64,000 bases of DNA from Escherichia phage CJ20. Under the pieces are notes generated by a model. The model was given only the letters and a program-made list of their open reading frames with translations, did not search any database and was not told the origin of the DNA. The stretch is taken from the sequence record MT533174.1; one strand, given 5' to 3'. Positions 33,305 through 40,835 of this stretch are shown in pieces. How positions within the stretch are numbered: the first letter of the stretch is position 1; the number at the start of each line of letters is the position of its first letter. The translations under genes were made by a program, and so were the position numbers.

Positions 33305-33859
33305 ATGAAACTGTTAAAATATTTGAGTTGGATTCTGTTAGTTCCGCTGGATTTTATCTCCATGATTCTGGCCGTTATCCTGGCTCCATTTGTAGTTCCG
33401 TTCCATAATAAAAAGACTGGTAAACTTCCGTTTGGGTTTGATTGGATGATGACTTATGATAATCCGATTGATGGTGACCGGGGTCATGTCAAACGTTGGT
33501 CAAAAATCCGAAAATGGCCATTAGGTGTTTACTTCCAACGAGTAGCCTGGCTCTGGCGAAACAAAGCATACAATTTTGCTTACCACAAGCTCGGCCGTGA
33601 TTGCAATTCAGAATTCCATTATAAAGGTAATCCTGATGTCGAATCTGGTTCCCCGGATAAAGCTCATCACGGTTGGCTCTTTATGTGGACGGACAATGCC
33701 TGGGGTGTTTTTGCTTCTGTTCCTTATCTTAAGGTCGGTGGAATCACCTTTTATCTGCGTGTTTATTGTGGCTGGAAGCTCAAGAGTCTTCTGTCCCGAC
33801 CTATCCCTAAGGCTATGCTCGCCTTCCATATAAATCCGTTCCGCTTTTATAAGAACTAA
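33305..33859 (+). CDS. hypothetical membrane-anchored protein, 184 aa
   Basis: ATG at 33305 (MKLLKYLSWILLVPLDFISMILAVILAPFVVPF...) with an N-terminal transmembrane helix; bracketed by terminators; the ORF-track extension from 33164 runs through the upstream terminator and is rejected. Confidence 0.65.
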   Translation: MKLLKYLSWILLVPLDFISMILAVILAPFVVPFHNKKTGKLPFGFDWMMTYDNPIDGDRGHVKRWSKIRKWPLGVYFQRVAWLWRNKAYNFAYHKLGRDCNSEFHYKGNPDVESGSPDKAHHGWLFMWTDNAWGVFASVPYLKVGGITFYLRVYCGWKLKSLLSRPIPKAMLAFHINPFRFYKN

Positions 33860-33860
33860 C

Positions 33861-33882
33861 AGCCCGCATTGCGGGCTTTTTT
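33861..33882 (+). terminator. rho-independent terminator
   Basis: AGCCCGC-ATT-GCGGGCT hairpin followed by TTTTTT. Confidence 0.7.
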
Positions 33883-33919
33883 ATACCCTGAATAAATTTG
33901 AAATTTTCTTCAAAAAGTA

Positions 33920-33949
33920 GTGTACATCCGAATTGACCGGGTGCATAAT
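33920..33949 (+). promoter_or_regulatory. T4-type early promoter (PeSL-like cassette with conserved leader)
   Basis: -35 GTGTAC (33920-33925), 18-nt spacer, -10 CATAAT (33944-33949), then the conserved leader GATTCCATACTGAGTTACA...GGAGAAATAAAATG. Confidence 0.6.
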
Positions 33950-34000
33950 GATTCCATACTGAGTTACACACTGAATCAAACAAAACTTTGGAGAAATAAA

Positions 34001-34426
34001 ATGAACTTTCTGACCCTGACCTCTGCATTCTCTGTTACCCGCATCACTAACAAAATGGTTGCTGACGAAGTATGTGAAATCTGCATTCGTGAAGATGCAC
34101 TTATTCATCTGACTTCAACCCAGATTGTTGCCATCGCCAAGTCCCTTAATTCTGAACTGAAGGTAAACACCAAACAGTCAAAAGAATCTATCATTGAATT
34201 AATCCAAGCTGAAATGATTGAATTTCCAATTGAAGAAGTTAAAGAAGAAAAAATCCAGTCCAAATCTGGTAACGCTCGTGACATTTGCTTCCAGGCATTT
34301 GCAGAAATTGATATGAATGATAATGCAGCTCGCCGCGCTCTGATTGATGTTCTGGTTACCACCCATGATATCAAAAAGACTGTTGTTCAGTCATATGCAT
34401 CCAACTTCCGCAAAGCTCAAAAATAA
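34001..34426 (+). CDS. hypothetical protein, 141 aa; C-terminal domain paralogous to the gene at 34879
   Basis: ATG at 34001 after GGAGAAATAAA; C-terminus ...DNAARRALIDVLVTTHDIKKTVVQSYASNFRKAQK shares a roughly 50-aa domain with the 34879 protein. Confidence 0.65.
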   Translation: MNFLTLTSAFSVTRITNKMVADEVCEICIREDALIHLTSTQIVAIAKSLNSELKVNTKQSKESIIELIQAEMIEFPIEEVKEEKIQSKSGNARDICFQAFAEIDMNDNAARRALIDVLVTTHDIKKTVVQSYASNFRKAQK

Positions 34427-34438
34427 TTGAGAAAAGTG

Positions 34439-34467
34439 TTTTACTTCCAGGTGGGATAGTGTATAAT
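34439..34467 (+). promoter_or_regulatory. T4-type early promoter with stem-loop (PeSL-like cassette)
   Basis: -35 TTTTAC (34439-34444), 17-nt spacer, -10 TATAAT (34462-34467) inside the inverted repeat GGGATAgtgTATAATTATCCC; conserved leader ...CATACTGAGTTAACAAATAAAACACTGGAGAATAAAATG. Confidence 0.6.
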
Positions 34468-34508
34468 TATCCCATACTGAGTTAACAAATAAAACACTGG
34501 AGAATAAA

Positions 34509-34805
34509 ATGTTCAACGCACCTGCATGGCACGCTACCCAAGCTCAAGAAGAAAACAAAGCAATCATTTCTGCTAAAATTGAAGCTCAACTGAATGAATT
34601 GTGTGAAACTGCTTCTGAAGAAGTTGTTGCAATCATCAAACAGTATCCTGCATCCAACTACTCCCTGGCATGCATCAAAACAGAAATGGTTAACTTGTGG
34701 CGTAAGAACAAGAAAACTTTCTTGGGTATGCAGTACCAAGCAATCGCGTCTGCAGTAGTAAACATGTATGACTTTGAAGTTTATTTCCCAACTTCTGAAA
34801 ATTAA
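34509..34805 (+). CDS. hypothetical protein, 98 aa
   Basis: ATG at 34509 after the conserved GGAGAATAAA leader (MFNAPAWHATQAQEENKAIISAKIE...). Confidence 0.6.
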   Translation: MFNAPAWHATQAQEENKAIISAKIEAQLNELCETASEEVVAIIKQYPASNYSLACIKTEMVNLWRKNKKTFLGMQYQAIASAVVNMYDFEVYFPTSEN

Positions 34806-34806
34806 T

Positions 34807-34836
34807 GTGTACTTTGGAATTTAACTAAGACATAAT
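34807..34836 (+). promoter_or_regulatory. T4-type early promoter (PeSL-like cassette with conserved leader)
   Basis: -35 GTGTAC (34807-34812), 18-nt spacer, -10 CATAAT (34831-34836), then GATTCCATACTGAGTTAACAAATAAA. Confidence 0.6.
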
Positions 34837-34878
34837 GATTCCATACTGAGTTAACAAATAAACAAACGGGATAATAAA

Positions 34879-35322
34879 ATGAAAACTTCAAAACTGGTTA
34901 AGTATGTTAAACTGGCATTAAACAACTCTTCTGAAGCTGAAGCACAATCCGCAGCACGTATGTTCTTCAAACGTCTGACAGCTGAAGGTATTTCATTTAA
35001 CCCGGCAGTATTTGGTATCACTCGTGGCGAAGCTGCTAAACTGGCAACACTGGCAGGTAAAATTTTTAAAGGTCTGAATGATGGACAGGTTAAACCAGAA
35101 GTTAAACCTACTCCTAAGACTGAACCAAAAGCTGAACGTAAGGCACCTAAACGCTCCGGTATGAGCAACAAAGATTTATGCTATGATATGTTCAAAACTG
35201 TTAATATGTCTAATGGTGCTGCTCGCAGAGCTGTTATTGATATGATTGTGCGTGAGTTTGGATTCAACAAAGCATCAGTTCAGTCTTATGCTTCCAACTT
35301 CCGCAAAGAATTTGAAATTTAA
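34879..35322 (+). CDS. hypothetical protein, 147 aa; C-terminal domain paralogous to the gene at 34001
   Basis: ATG at 34879; C-terminus ...SNGAARRAVIDMIVREFGFNKASVQSYASNFRKEFEI. Confidence 0.65.
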   Translation: MKTSKLVKYVKLALNNSSEAEAQSAARMFFKRLTAEGISFNPAVFGITRGEAAKLATLAGKIFKGLNDGQVKPEVKPTPKTEPKAERKAPKRSGMSNKDLCYDMFKTVNMSNGAARRAVIDMIVREFGFNKASVQSYASNFRKEFEI

Positions 35323-35329
35323 TTCAAAA

Positions 35330-35355
35330 AGGGGGGTATACAAGCCCCCTGCTTT
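35330..35355 (+). terminator. hairpin, possible weak terminator overlapping the next early promoter
   Basis: GGGGGG-tatacaag-CCCCCT hairpin followed by GCTTTA; the -35 of the downstream promoter lies in its loop. Confidence 0.4.
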
Positions 35356-35365
35356 AAGGCATAAT
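35336..35365 (+). promoter_or_regulatory. T4-type early promoter (PeSL-like cassette with conserved leader)
   Basis: -35 GTATAC (35336-35341), 18-nt spacer, -10 CATAAT (35360-35365), then the GATTCCATACTGAGTTACACAATAAAACACTGGAGAATAAAATG leader. Confidence 0.55.
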
Positions 35366-35406
35366 GATTCCATACTGAGTTACACAATAAAACACTGGAG
35401 AATAAA

Positions 35407-35712
35407 ATGAAATTCATCATCAACCTGGCGCTTGTTGACTTTGATAAAACTGGTAATTTCGCATCTGCTGAAAATATGATTCGTAACACCAAGTTTAAAG
35501 TGCAAGTTCAACAGGCGGTAGCAAAAGAGTTCTTTACTGATAAATTAACTAACGTTGTCAATCACCTGAATGTGCAAGTTAAATTTACTCGTGAAGCAGA
35601 AACTACTGTTGCATTTGATTTTGACTGCCAATACCATGATGAATATGTTCGCCGTATCCTGGATATTGTGTCTGATGAACTGTATTATGGTGTGCAGGAA
35701 AACAAAATCTAA
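35407..35712 (+). CDS. hypothetical protein, 101 aa
   Basis: ATG at 35407 after the conserved leader (MKFIINLALVDFDKTGNFASAENMIRNTK...). Confidence 0.6.
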   Translation: MKFIINLALVDFDKTGNFASAENMIRNTKFKVQVQQAVAKEFFTDKLTNVVNHLNVQVKFTREAETTVAFDFDCQYHDEYVRRILDIVSDELYYGVQENKI

Positions 35713-35716
35713 ATCA

Positions 35717-35746
35717 GTGTACGCTTTAATGGGAACATGATAGTAT
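35717..35746 (+). promoter_or_regulatory. T4-type early promoter with stem-loop (PeSL-like cassette)
   Basis: -35 GTGTAC (35717-35722), 18-nt spacer, -10 TAGTAT (35741-35746) inside the inverted repeat GGGAACATgatagtATGTTCCC. Confidence 0.55.
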
Positions 35747-35788
35747 GTTCCCTGGATAATAAAACATTAACCAACTGAAGGAAATACC

Positions 35789-36382
35789 ATGAATACTTTA
35801 AAGAAAATTGTTGAATTCATCCGCTCCAAACTGGGTACTGCAATGGCAAAAAACCTGTCTATTGAAGACCAATATACTCAAGCGGCTTCTACCCTGATTG
35901 ACAAGATTACTGAGCTCCAGACTGCCCACGTTAAGTCTATTAATGAAGAAAAACGCATCCGCGAGTTGGCGAATGAAAAAGACCAACTGGCAGCTTCAAA
36001 AGAGCGTGAAATCCGCAAACTGATTGCTGATGGTGCGGATGTCCAGGTCCATGCTAAACTGGGTCTCCTGTATCGCCGCACCGCTAAACAACTTCGTAAG
36101 AAGGCAGATGATTATGTTGAAATGCGTAATGAAATTAAATTGAAAGTTAAAGAGCTGGATGACTCTCGTCAGGAACTAGCTGTTAAACTGGAATACATCC
36201 GCGAAACCCGTAAAGTATCTGCTCTGGGTATTGCGACCGCAGATGATGTTGTTGAAATCGCTGCATTGACTAAGATTGATATTGAAGACACTCTGATGCG
36301 TGTTGAAACCTTCAAAGGTCCACAGGTTGGTGTGGATACCACGTCCGCTGACATTGAAGAATACATCAATTCACTTAAGTAA
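35789..36382 (+). CDS. coiled-coil protein, 197 aa (possibly PspA/IM30-like; unverified)
   Basis: [50 protein letters not shown]... predicted almost entirely alpha-helical with heptad character; followed by a GGGGGC-TTT-GCCCCC hairpin. Confidence 0.6.
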   Translation: MNTLKKIVEFIRSKLGTAMAKNLSIEDQYTQAASTLIDKITELQTAHVKSINEEKRIRELANEKDQLAASKEREIRKLIADGADVQVHAKLGLLYRRTAKQLRKKADDYVEMRNEIKLKVKELDDSRQELAVKLEYIRETRKVSALGIATADDVVEIAALTKIDIEDTLMRVETFKGPQVGVDTTSADIEEYINSLK

Positions 36383-36424
36383 GATAAAGGGGGCTTTGCC
36401 CCCTAATTGGGAGAGGAGAAAATT

Positions 36425-36979
36425 ATGAGCTTATATACTGACCTTATATCAAATGTAGACTGGTTTGGCGGTAGTGGTCTTGCTACTGAAACTAATACAG
36501 TTCTTTATAGAATCCGCGGTGATTTGGGTTATTCCAATGATTTCTTAAGAAGAACGACAAGTCGCGGTGATACTACAAAATTGCCTTTTATTTTTGCTTT
36601 AGCTGAAGACCTTTCTTTTGCAGATGCCTTGGAAATTATTGATGTAAATCTGGGTATTCAACGAGTGGAATTCGCTGGACTACGTTATTCAGTATATGCT
36701 TTAAACGAGAGCGATGATTGTATACTTCTTAATATGGCAGATGATGATTACCATTTAGTATGTTATGTGACGCTAGAAAATGGTGATGTATTTGGAATGG
36801 TTGACCGCCGGCCAGCTTATACTGATATTAAAAATTATGATAAAGATGAGCTTACTATTTTGGCTAATGAGTACACATTAGAGAGTCGTAAACGGAAACG
36901 TAAGCTTAATCGTTTTATTGCTGAATGTCGTGAATATGCTAAAGGGGTTCATAATGCGAACGTTATATCTGCCAAGTAA
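36425..36979 (+). CDS. hypothetical protein, 184 aa, with C-terminal ...LNRFIAECREY tail shared with three downstream membrane proteins
   Basis: ATG at 36425 after GAGAGGAGAA (the ORF track starts at TTG 36407); MSLYTDLISNVDWFGGSGLATE... Confidence 0.6.
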   Translation: MSLYTDLISNVDWFGGSGLATETNTVLYRIRGDLGYSNDFLRRTTSRGDTTKLPFIFALAEDLSFADALEIIDVNLGIQRVEFAGLRYSVYALNESDDCILLNMADDDYHLVCYVTLENGDVFGMVDRRPAYTDIKNYDKDELTILANEYTLESRKRKRKLNRFIAECREYAKGVHNANVISAK

Positions 36980-37313
36980 ACCAGAAAAATTTGTATACGC
37001 AGACAAGATTGATAAAGACCTTATGCCTCCATTTGGAGCTTTGTCCATGTGCATCGTTGGGGTTATAATGATGGTGCTTTGTGGGGATATGAATATCATT
37101 AGTGTTGGAGTCGCCTGGACGCTAGTAATTGCAGCTCCTTTTATTACAGTCCTGTGTATGGTATTGATAAATGTGTGGCATCAAAATCATATGAATAAAG
37201 GTTATCGTGGGCGAGTTAAAGCGTGGGAACAAAAATGTGTTTCCCTGCAAGAAGAGCACAAAATTAAATGTGCCGAAGAATTTATTAAGGAGGTTCGTAA
37301 TGGAACGGCCTAG
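36954..37313 (+). CDS. small membrane protein, 119 aa, two predicted TM helices, C-terminal ...EEFIKEVRNGTA
   Basis: ATG at 36954 overlapping the end of the previous gene (MRTLYLPSKPEKFVYADKID...); hydrophobic segments MCIVGVIMMVLCG and WTLVIAAPFITVLCMVLINVW. Confidence 0.6.
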   Translation: MRTLYLPSKPEKFVYADKIDKDLMPPFGALSMCIVGVIMMVLCGDMNIISVGVAWTLVIAAPFITVLCMVLINVWHQNHMNKGYRGRVKAWEQKCVSLQEEHKIKCAEEFIKEVRNGTA

Positions 37314-37653
37314 TCTTGCATCACATGTTTATCAATTGGTTGAATATGATATTGGTGCCAATTTATTATTAGGGATTGTCACTGCCATGCTTGGTGGTTT
37401 GGTTGGTCTGGTAATGACCACGGTTATGGCTGCAATCGAGGGAGTCATGCCCATTGAGATGGGTTTCTTTATGATAATCGCTCCGGCTGTTGTGTCTTAT
37501 TTTATCCCTGTTGTGTATGATATCTGTCACACAAATGCCGTGAATGCTCCTAGTCGGAAGAGATACGCTTCAGCAATGGCTGAGTATAATAAGTTCCTAG
37601 ACAAAACAAAACGTAATGACCTTGAAACCTTTATTAAGGAATGTAAATCATGA
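37300..37653 (+). CDS. small membrane protein, 117 aa, two predicted TM helices, C-terminal ...LETFIKECKS
   Basis: ATG at 37300 after AGGAGG (MERPSLASHVYQLVEYDIGANLLLGIVTAMLGGLVGLVMTTVMAAIEG...). Confidence 0.6.
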   Translation: MERPSLASHVYQLVEYDIGANLLLGIVTAMLGGLVGLVMTTVMAAIEGVMPIEMGFFMIIAPAVVSYFIPVVYDICHTNAVNAPSRKRYASAMAEYNKFLDKTKRNDLETFIKECKS

Positions 37654-37940
37654 ATAAAATTGAAATTGCTATCCCCAAGTATTATGATGAGAAATCTGCA
37701 GAAAAAGCCATCTATTCTCTTCTAAATAAGACCTCTGAAATTGAAAAACACTGTGAAGAAATCGCAGATGAATATGGTATCCAATTCGGTACCGGTGATT
37801 ATGGTTCAGGCCGCACATATTATCCTGTCGGTTATGAATGCTCCCAGTGGTTTAAAAATGAAATTGAAAACAACGGTGGTGAAGTTGAAAACGGTGTCGT
37901 TACAGTTGGTGCTTGGGTCTCCTCTTCGGCAATGTGCTAA
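37650..37940 (+). CDS. member 1 of a tandem four-gene family, 96 aa, C-terminal ...GAWVSSSAMC
   Basis: ATG at 37650 in ATGA overlap with the previous gene; MNKIEIAIPKYYDEKSAEKAIYSLLNKTSEIEKHCEEIADEYGIQF... Confidence 0.65.
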   Translation: MNKIEIAIPKYYDEKSAEKAIYSLLNKTSEIEKHCEEIADEYGIQFGTGDYGSGRTYYPVGYECSQWFKNEIENNGGEVENGVVTVGAWVSSSAMC

Positions 37941-37949
37941 GGAAACGCT

Positions 37950-38231
37950 ATGATGAATGATTACCGTAAAAATAAAGAACTGGCTAACGCAGTAAATGAC
38001 ATCCATAAAGCTATTCGTCGTGCCGAGGAAATTGCAGACAAATATGAGACTCATTTTAATATATACCCTGCTCGCGGTATGGGCGGTGACTATTATTCTC
38101 CTGGCGCCTTGAAAGCTGACCTTGCCCATTGGGAAGAACATGGTCATCCTGAATGGGCTATTGTTAATACTCATGACTATACAACTGACCTGGAAAATGG
38201 TGGTTGGGTGTCCTCCTCTTACGAATGCTAA
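37950..38231 (+). CDS. member 2 of a tandem four-gene family, 93 aa, C-terminal ...GGWVSSSYEC
   Basis: ATG after the TAAGGAAACGCT junction; shares EEIADKYETHF and the C-terminal tail with member 1. Confidence 0.65.
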   Translation: MMNDYRKNKELANAVNDIHKAIRRAEEIADKYETHFNIYPARGMGGDYYSPGALKADLAHWEEHGHPEWAIVNTHDYTTDLENGGWVSSSYEC

Positions 38232-38240
38232 GGAAATAAA

Positions 38241-38468
38241 ATGACTGCTAAAACTGTTAAAGAAATTGAAAACCAAATCCGTGCACTAATCTGTGAAGGT
38301 GAGCAGCTGGCCGATAAAACTGGTGAATACTTTCATGTGTATGCTGATAGTCTTCAACGATATATTCCCGCAGGTTGTCCAGAATATGAAGAATATGACT
38401 GGATTCGCGGTGATTACGGTATCCCAGATGGTAAAGGCTTCTGGTTTAACTCCTCTATGACTTGTTAA
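38241..38468 (+). CDS. member 3 of a tandem four-gene family, 75 aa, C-terminal ...GFWFNSSMTC
   Basis: ATG after the TAAGGAAATAAA junction; MTAKTVKEIENQIRALICEGEQLADKTGEYFHVY... Confidence 0.65.
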   Translation: MTAKTVKEIENQIRALICEGEQLADKTGEYFHVYADSLQRYIPAGCPEYEEYDWIRGDYGIPDGKGFWFNSSMTC

Positions 38469-38477
38469 GGTGATAAA

Positions 38478-38711
38478 ATGACTACTGCTGTTGAACATGC
38501 TGAATTAGAAAAAGCTGCCCTTGAACTGGCTGCGCTGTATAAGAAAGTAAAAGATATGGCTTCTGCCCAAGATTTCGGTGTTGAGCTTGACGATTATGAT
38601 GGCGAAGTCCGTCTTGAAGATTGGTTGAATAGCTCTTGTTACGGTGAAGAAGCTGGTCGTACCTTCGTTGCTCGTGCCGATGGTAAAATCTGGTACCCGA
38701 GCTCATGCTAA
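38478..38711 (+). CDS. member 4 of a tandem four-gene family, 77 aa, C-terminal ...KIWYPSSC (also has an internal WLNSSC)
   Basis: ATG after the TAAGGTGATAAA junction; MTTAVEHAELEKAALELAALYKKVKDMASAQDFGVELDDYDGE... Confidence 0.65.
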   Translation: MTTAVEHAELEKAALELAALYKKVKDMASAQDFGVELDDYDGEVRLEDWLNSSCYGEEAGRTFVARADGKIWYPSSC

Positions 38712-38932
38712 AATTAAAGAAAAGATATATTCGTAAAATAAATGGTCTTCGTGATTATGCCAAAGGTTGGCCATTAAGTATTATTATGGCTGATAGACAT
38801 CCACGTTATAATAACGAGTTGACTTATTACAAAAAGTATGATTCGTATTGTCGGTCTAAAGCGGGTCGTTTAGATGGTTCCTATGAAGAATATTTCGGTA
38901 AAAAACCTACTCGTATTTCGTTAGGAAAATAA
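38705..38932 (+). CDS. hypothetical protein, 75 aa
   Basis: ATG ORF overlapping the previous stop (MLKLKKRYIRKINGLRDYAKGWPLSIIMADRHPRYNN...). Confidence 0.5.
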   Translation: MLKLKKRYIRKINGLRDYAKGWPLSIIMADRHPRYNNELTYYKKYDSYCRSKAGRLDGSYEEYFGKKPTRISLGK

Positions 38933-38962
38933 TTTAATCACAAGGATGTGGTAGGAGGAATT

Positions 38963-39292
38963 ATGCATAAAGATTCGGTATTCAAATATCTTTTGAAAAC
39001 AGATAAAGAATTCTATATGAATGGGCAAGCCTTCTTGTTCGTTCGTGGTAAACGTGAGATGTTTTACAAATGCGACCTCTCAATGCATCATCATATGTAT
39101 CATACCCACGGTGAGCATATACTGGGGTTCTCCGGTGACGAGACTAGACATATAGCTATGTACTATGACCATTTTAAGCTTAATGATTGTGGTGACAATG
39201 CTTTAGTCTGGAACTCATCTTGGCGCCGATGGGACGTAGTAGACAACAATAAATTATTTTTAGAATATTGTCGAAGCAGTATACAAGTCTAA
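38963..39292 (+). CDS. hypothetical His/Cys-rich protein, 109 aa
   Basis: ATG at 38963 after GGAGGAATT (MHKDSVFKYLLKTDKEF...CDLSMHHHMYHTHGEH...); possible metal-binding cluster. Confidence 0.55.
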   Translation: MHKDSVFKYLLKTDKEFYMNGQAFLFVRGKREMFYKCDLSMHHHMYHTHGEHILGFSGDETRHIAMYYDHFKLNDCGDNALVWNSSWRRWDVVDNNKLFLEYCRSSIQV

Positions 39293-39356
39293 AAAACTGT
39301 GTTACTATACTCCTATCAACTGATGACAATCACGTTATCAGAACAGGAGAATAAAA

Positions 39357-39557
39357 ATGTCTATCGCAAACGAATTAATCAAAGTTCTGAACGAAGCCAA
39401 AGTCAACCAACTGGAGGTTAATCTCCAGGAAGTTTCTGATGGCATTAAAGTAACCATCAGTGGTGATTACGCAGGCGTCACAGAACGTGTTTGTGATTCT
39501 CTGGAAGAAGTAGTTTCCTGCATTAAAAGAGATATTTACGCATACGGTATTATTTGA
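39357..39557 (+). CDS. hypothetical protein, 66 aa
   Basis: ATG after AGGAGAATAAAA (MSIANELIKVLNEAKVNQLEVNLQE...). Confidence 0.55.
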   Translation: MSIANELIKVLNEAKVNQLEVNLQEVSDGIKVTISGDYAGVTERVCDSLEEVVSCIKRDIYAYGII

Positions 39558-39567
39558 GGAAAATATT

Positions 39568-39798
39568 ATGTGGTATTACGCCCCAATGGCTGATGAGCCC
39601 GTAAAAATTAGTCGTGCTAAGTTTACAAAGATTTACGGTCTCGTTTATAAGAAGTCTGATTACGGTGTTCGTTTTGAAGATGCGCACTGTATCAACGACC
39701 CTTATAATGAAGACCTCTATGGCAAATTGGTTCCTATCGTTAAGGGGTCCGCTTCTGAGATGATAGATGAATCTAATATCTCTGCTGCTGAAATTTAA
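39568..39798 (+). CDS. hypothetical protein, 76 aa
   Basis: ATG after GAGGAAAATATT (MWYYAPMADEPVKISRAKFTKIYGLVYKK...). Confidence 0.55.
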   Translation: MWYYAPMADEPVKISRAKFTKIYGLVYKKSDYGVRFEDAHCINDPYNEDLYGKLVPIVKGSASEMIDESNISAAEI

Positions 39799-39816
39799 GT
39801 TACTGAGGAAAATATT

Positions 39817-40776
39817 ATGATGTTAGTTATTGGCTCTCGCGCATTGCATAACGCCGGTCTGATTGAAAGTAAGAAAATTGAAAACTCTGATTGGGACTTT
39901 ATAGCAGACCAAGGTTCCTGGAACAACTTTAAAACCCAGATGATGGGGCAGCATGTTCCTGTGGATAACCCAGATGTGCAAGCTTTTAAGTGTATGCACA
40001 ACGGTAAAGAAACCTATTTTGAAGCATACATCGTCCGAGCCCTGACAAGTGTTCGTGAGCTGACTGATGAGCTACAAGAGGAAGATTTTACTTCCAGTTA
40101 TCGTCTGCTCAAATATGCGAAGGCAAATATTCAGAAAGACCGTCTATCTGGTTTTTACTGGGCGACCCCTGATATTTGTCTGGCAATTAAATTGTCTCAT
40201 CGTTACCTGAAGAACAATCCATTCTTCCTGAAGACAATGAGCCATATTAATTACCTTCGTAATAAGGGTGTTGTTCTTAATGATGAACTACAAAAAATCA
40301 TGCAACAACGACAGGCAGAAACACTGTCATATAGCCACCCTAAACTAGACGTGGGCAAGAAAACTTTCTTTAATGATACAATCTATACCCTTGACCATGA
40401 CTCCATCCACGAGGCCGTGGCGCTTGCTGATAAGCCTGCATATAAGTTCTATATGAAGGATGATTCAGAAGTTATGACCTCGCGTGAAAAATTTGAAGCA
40501 CTCCCTGAGATTATTAAACTGGCAGGGGTTTATGAAGAAGCATGTGTGCTCGCTCTGGAGCGTTCGCAGGTTCCTAATGAGTTCAATATTTCTCCATCCG
40601 TGAGCTTCCATATTGCACTGGAAAAAGTCTGTACCTCCATTACTTCTGGATGGTTCCGTGAGTATGCCTGGGAACATTACCAGGAAGTGGTTAATATGTA
40701 CAACACCCTGGGTCACGAAGACTATGTTAAACGTTTCAAGGCTAACCAACATTTAATTCGTCCTTTCGAAAAATAA
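39817..40776 (+). CDS. hypothetical protein, 319 aa (N-terminal G-S...D-W-D pattern is at best a weak nucleotidyltransferase-like hint)
   Basis: Long ATG ORF after GAGGAAAATATT (MMLVIGSRALHNAGLIESKKIENSDWDFIADQ...); no family confidently recognised. Confidence 0.7.
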   Translation: MMLVIGSRALHNAGLIESKKIENSDWDFIADQGSWNNFKTQMMGQHVPVDNPDVQAFKCMHNGKETYFEAYIVRALTSVRELTDELQEEDFTSSYRLLKYAKANIQKDRLSGFYWATPDICLAIKLSHRYLKNNPFFLKTMSHINYLRNKGVVLNDELQKIMQQRQAETLSYSHPKLDVGKKTFFNDTIYTLDHDSIHEAVALADKPAYKFYMKDDSEVMTSREKFEALPEIIKLAGVYEEACVLALERSQVPNEFNISPSVSFHIALEKVCTSITSGWFREYAWEHYQEVVNMYNTLGHEDYVKRFKANQHLIRPFEK

Positions 40777-40778
40777 TT

Positions 40779-40808
40779 GTGTACATCCAAGTGGGGCTAT
40801 GACACAAT
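40779..40808 (+). promoter_or_regulatory. T4-type early promoter (PeSL-like cassette)
   Basis: -35 GTGTAC (40779-40784), 18-nt spacer, -10 CACAAT (40803-40808), RBS GAGGAAAATATT before the ATG at 40836. Confidence 0.5.
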
Positions 40809-40835
40809 GGTCCCACAATCAATGAGGAAAATATT

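Noticed and set aside
35789-36382. Firm assignment of the 197-aa coiled-coil protein as a PspA/IM30 homolog
   Set aside because: The similarity is only in overall coiled-coil character; I could not align conserved PspA motifs by eye, so it is listed as an unverified possibility rather than a finding.
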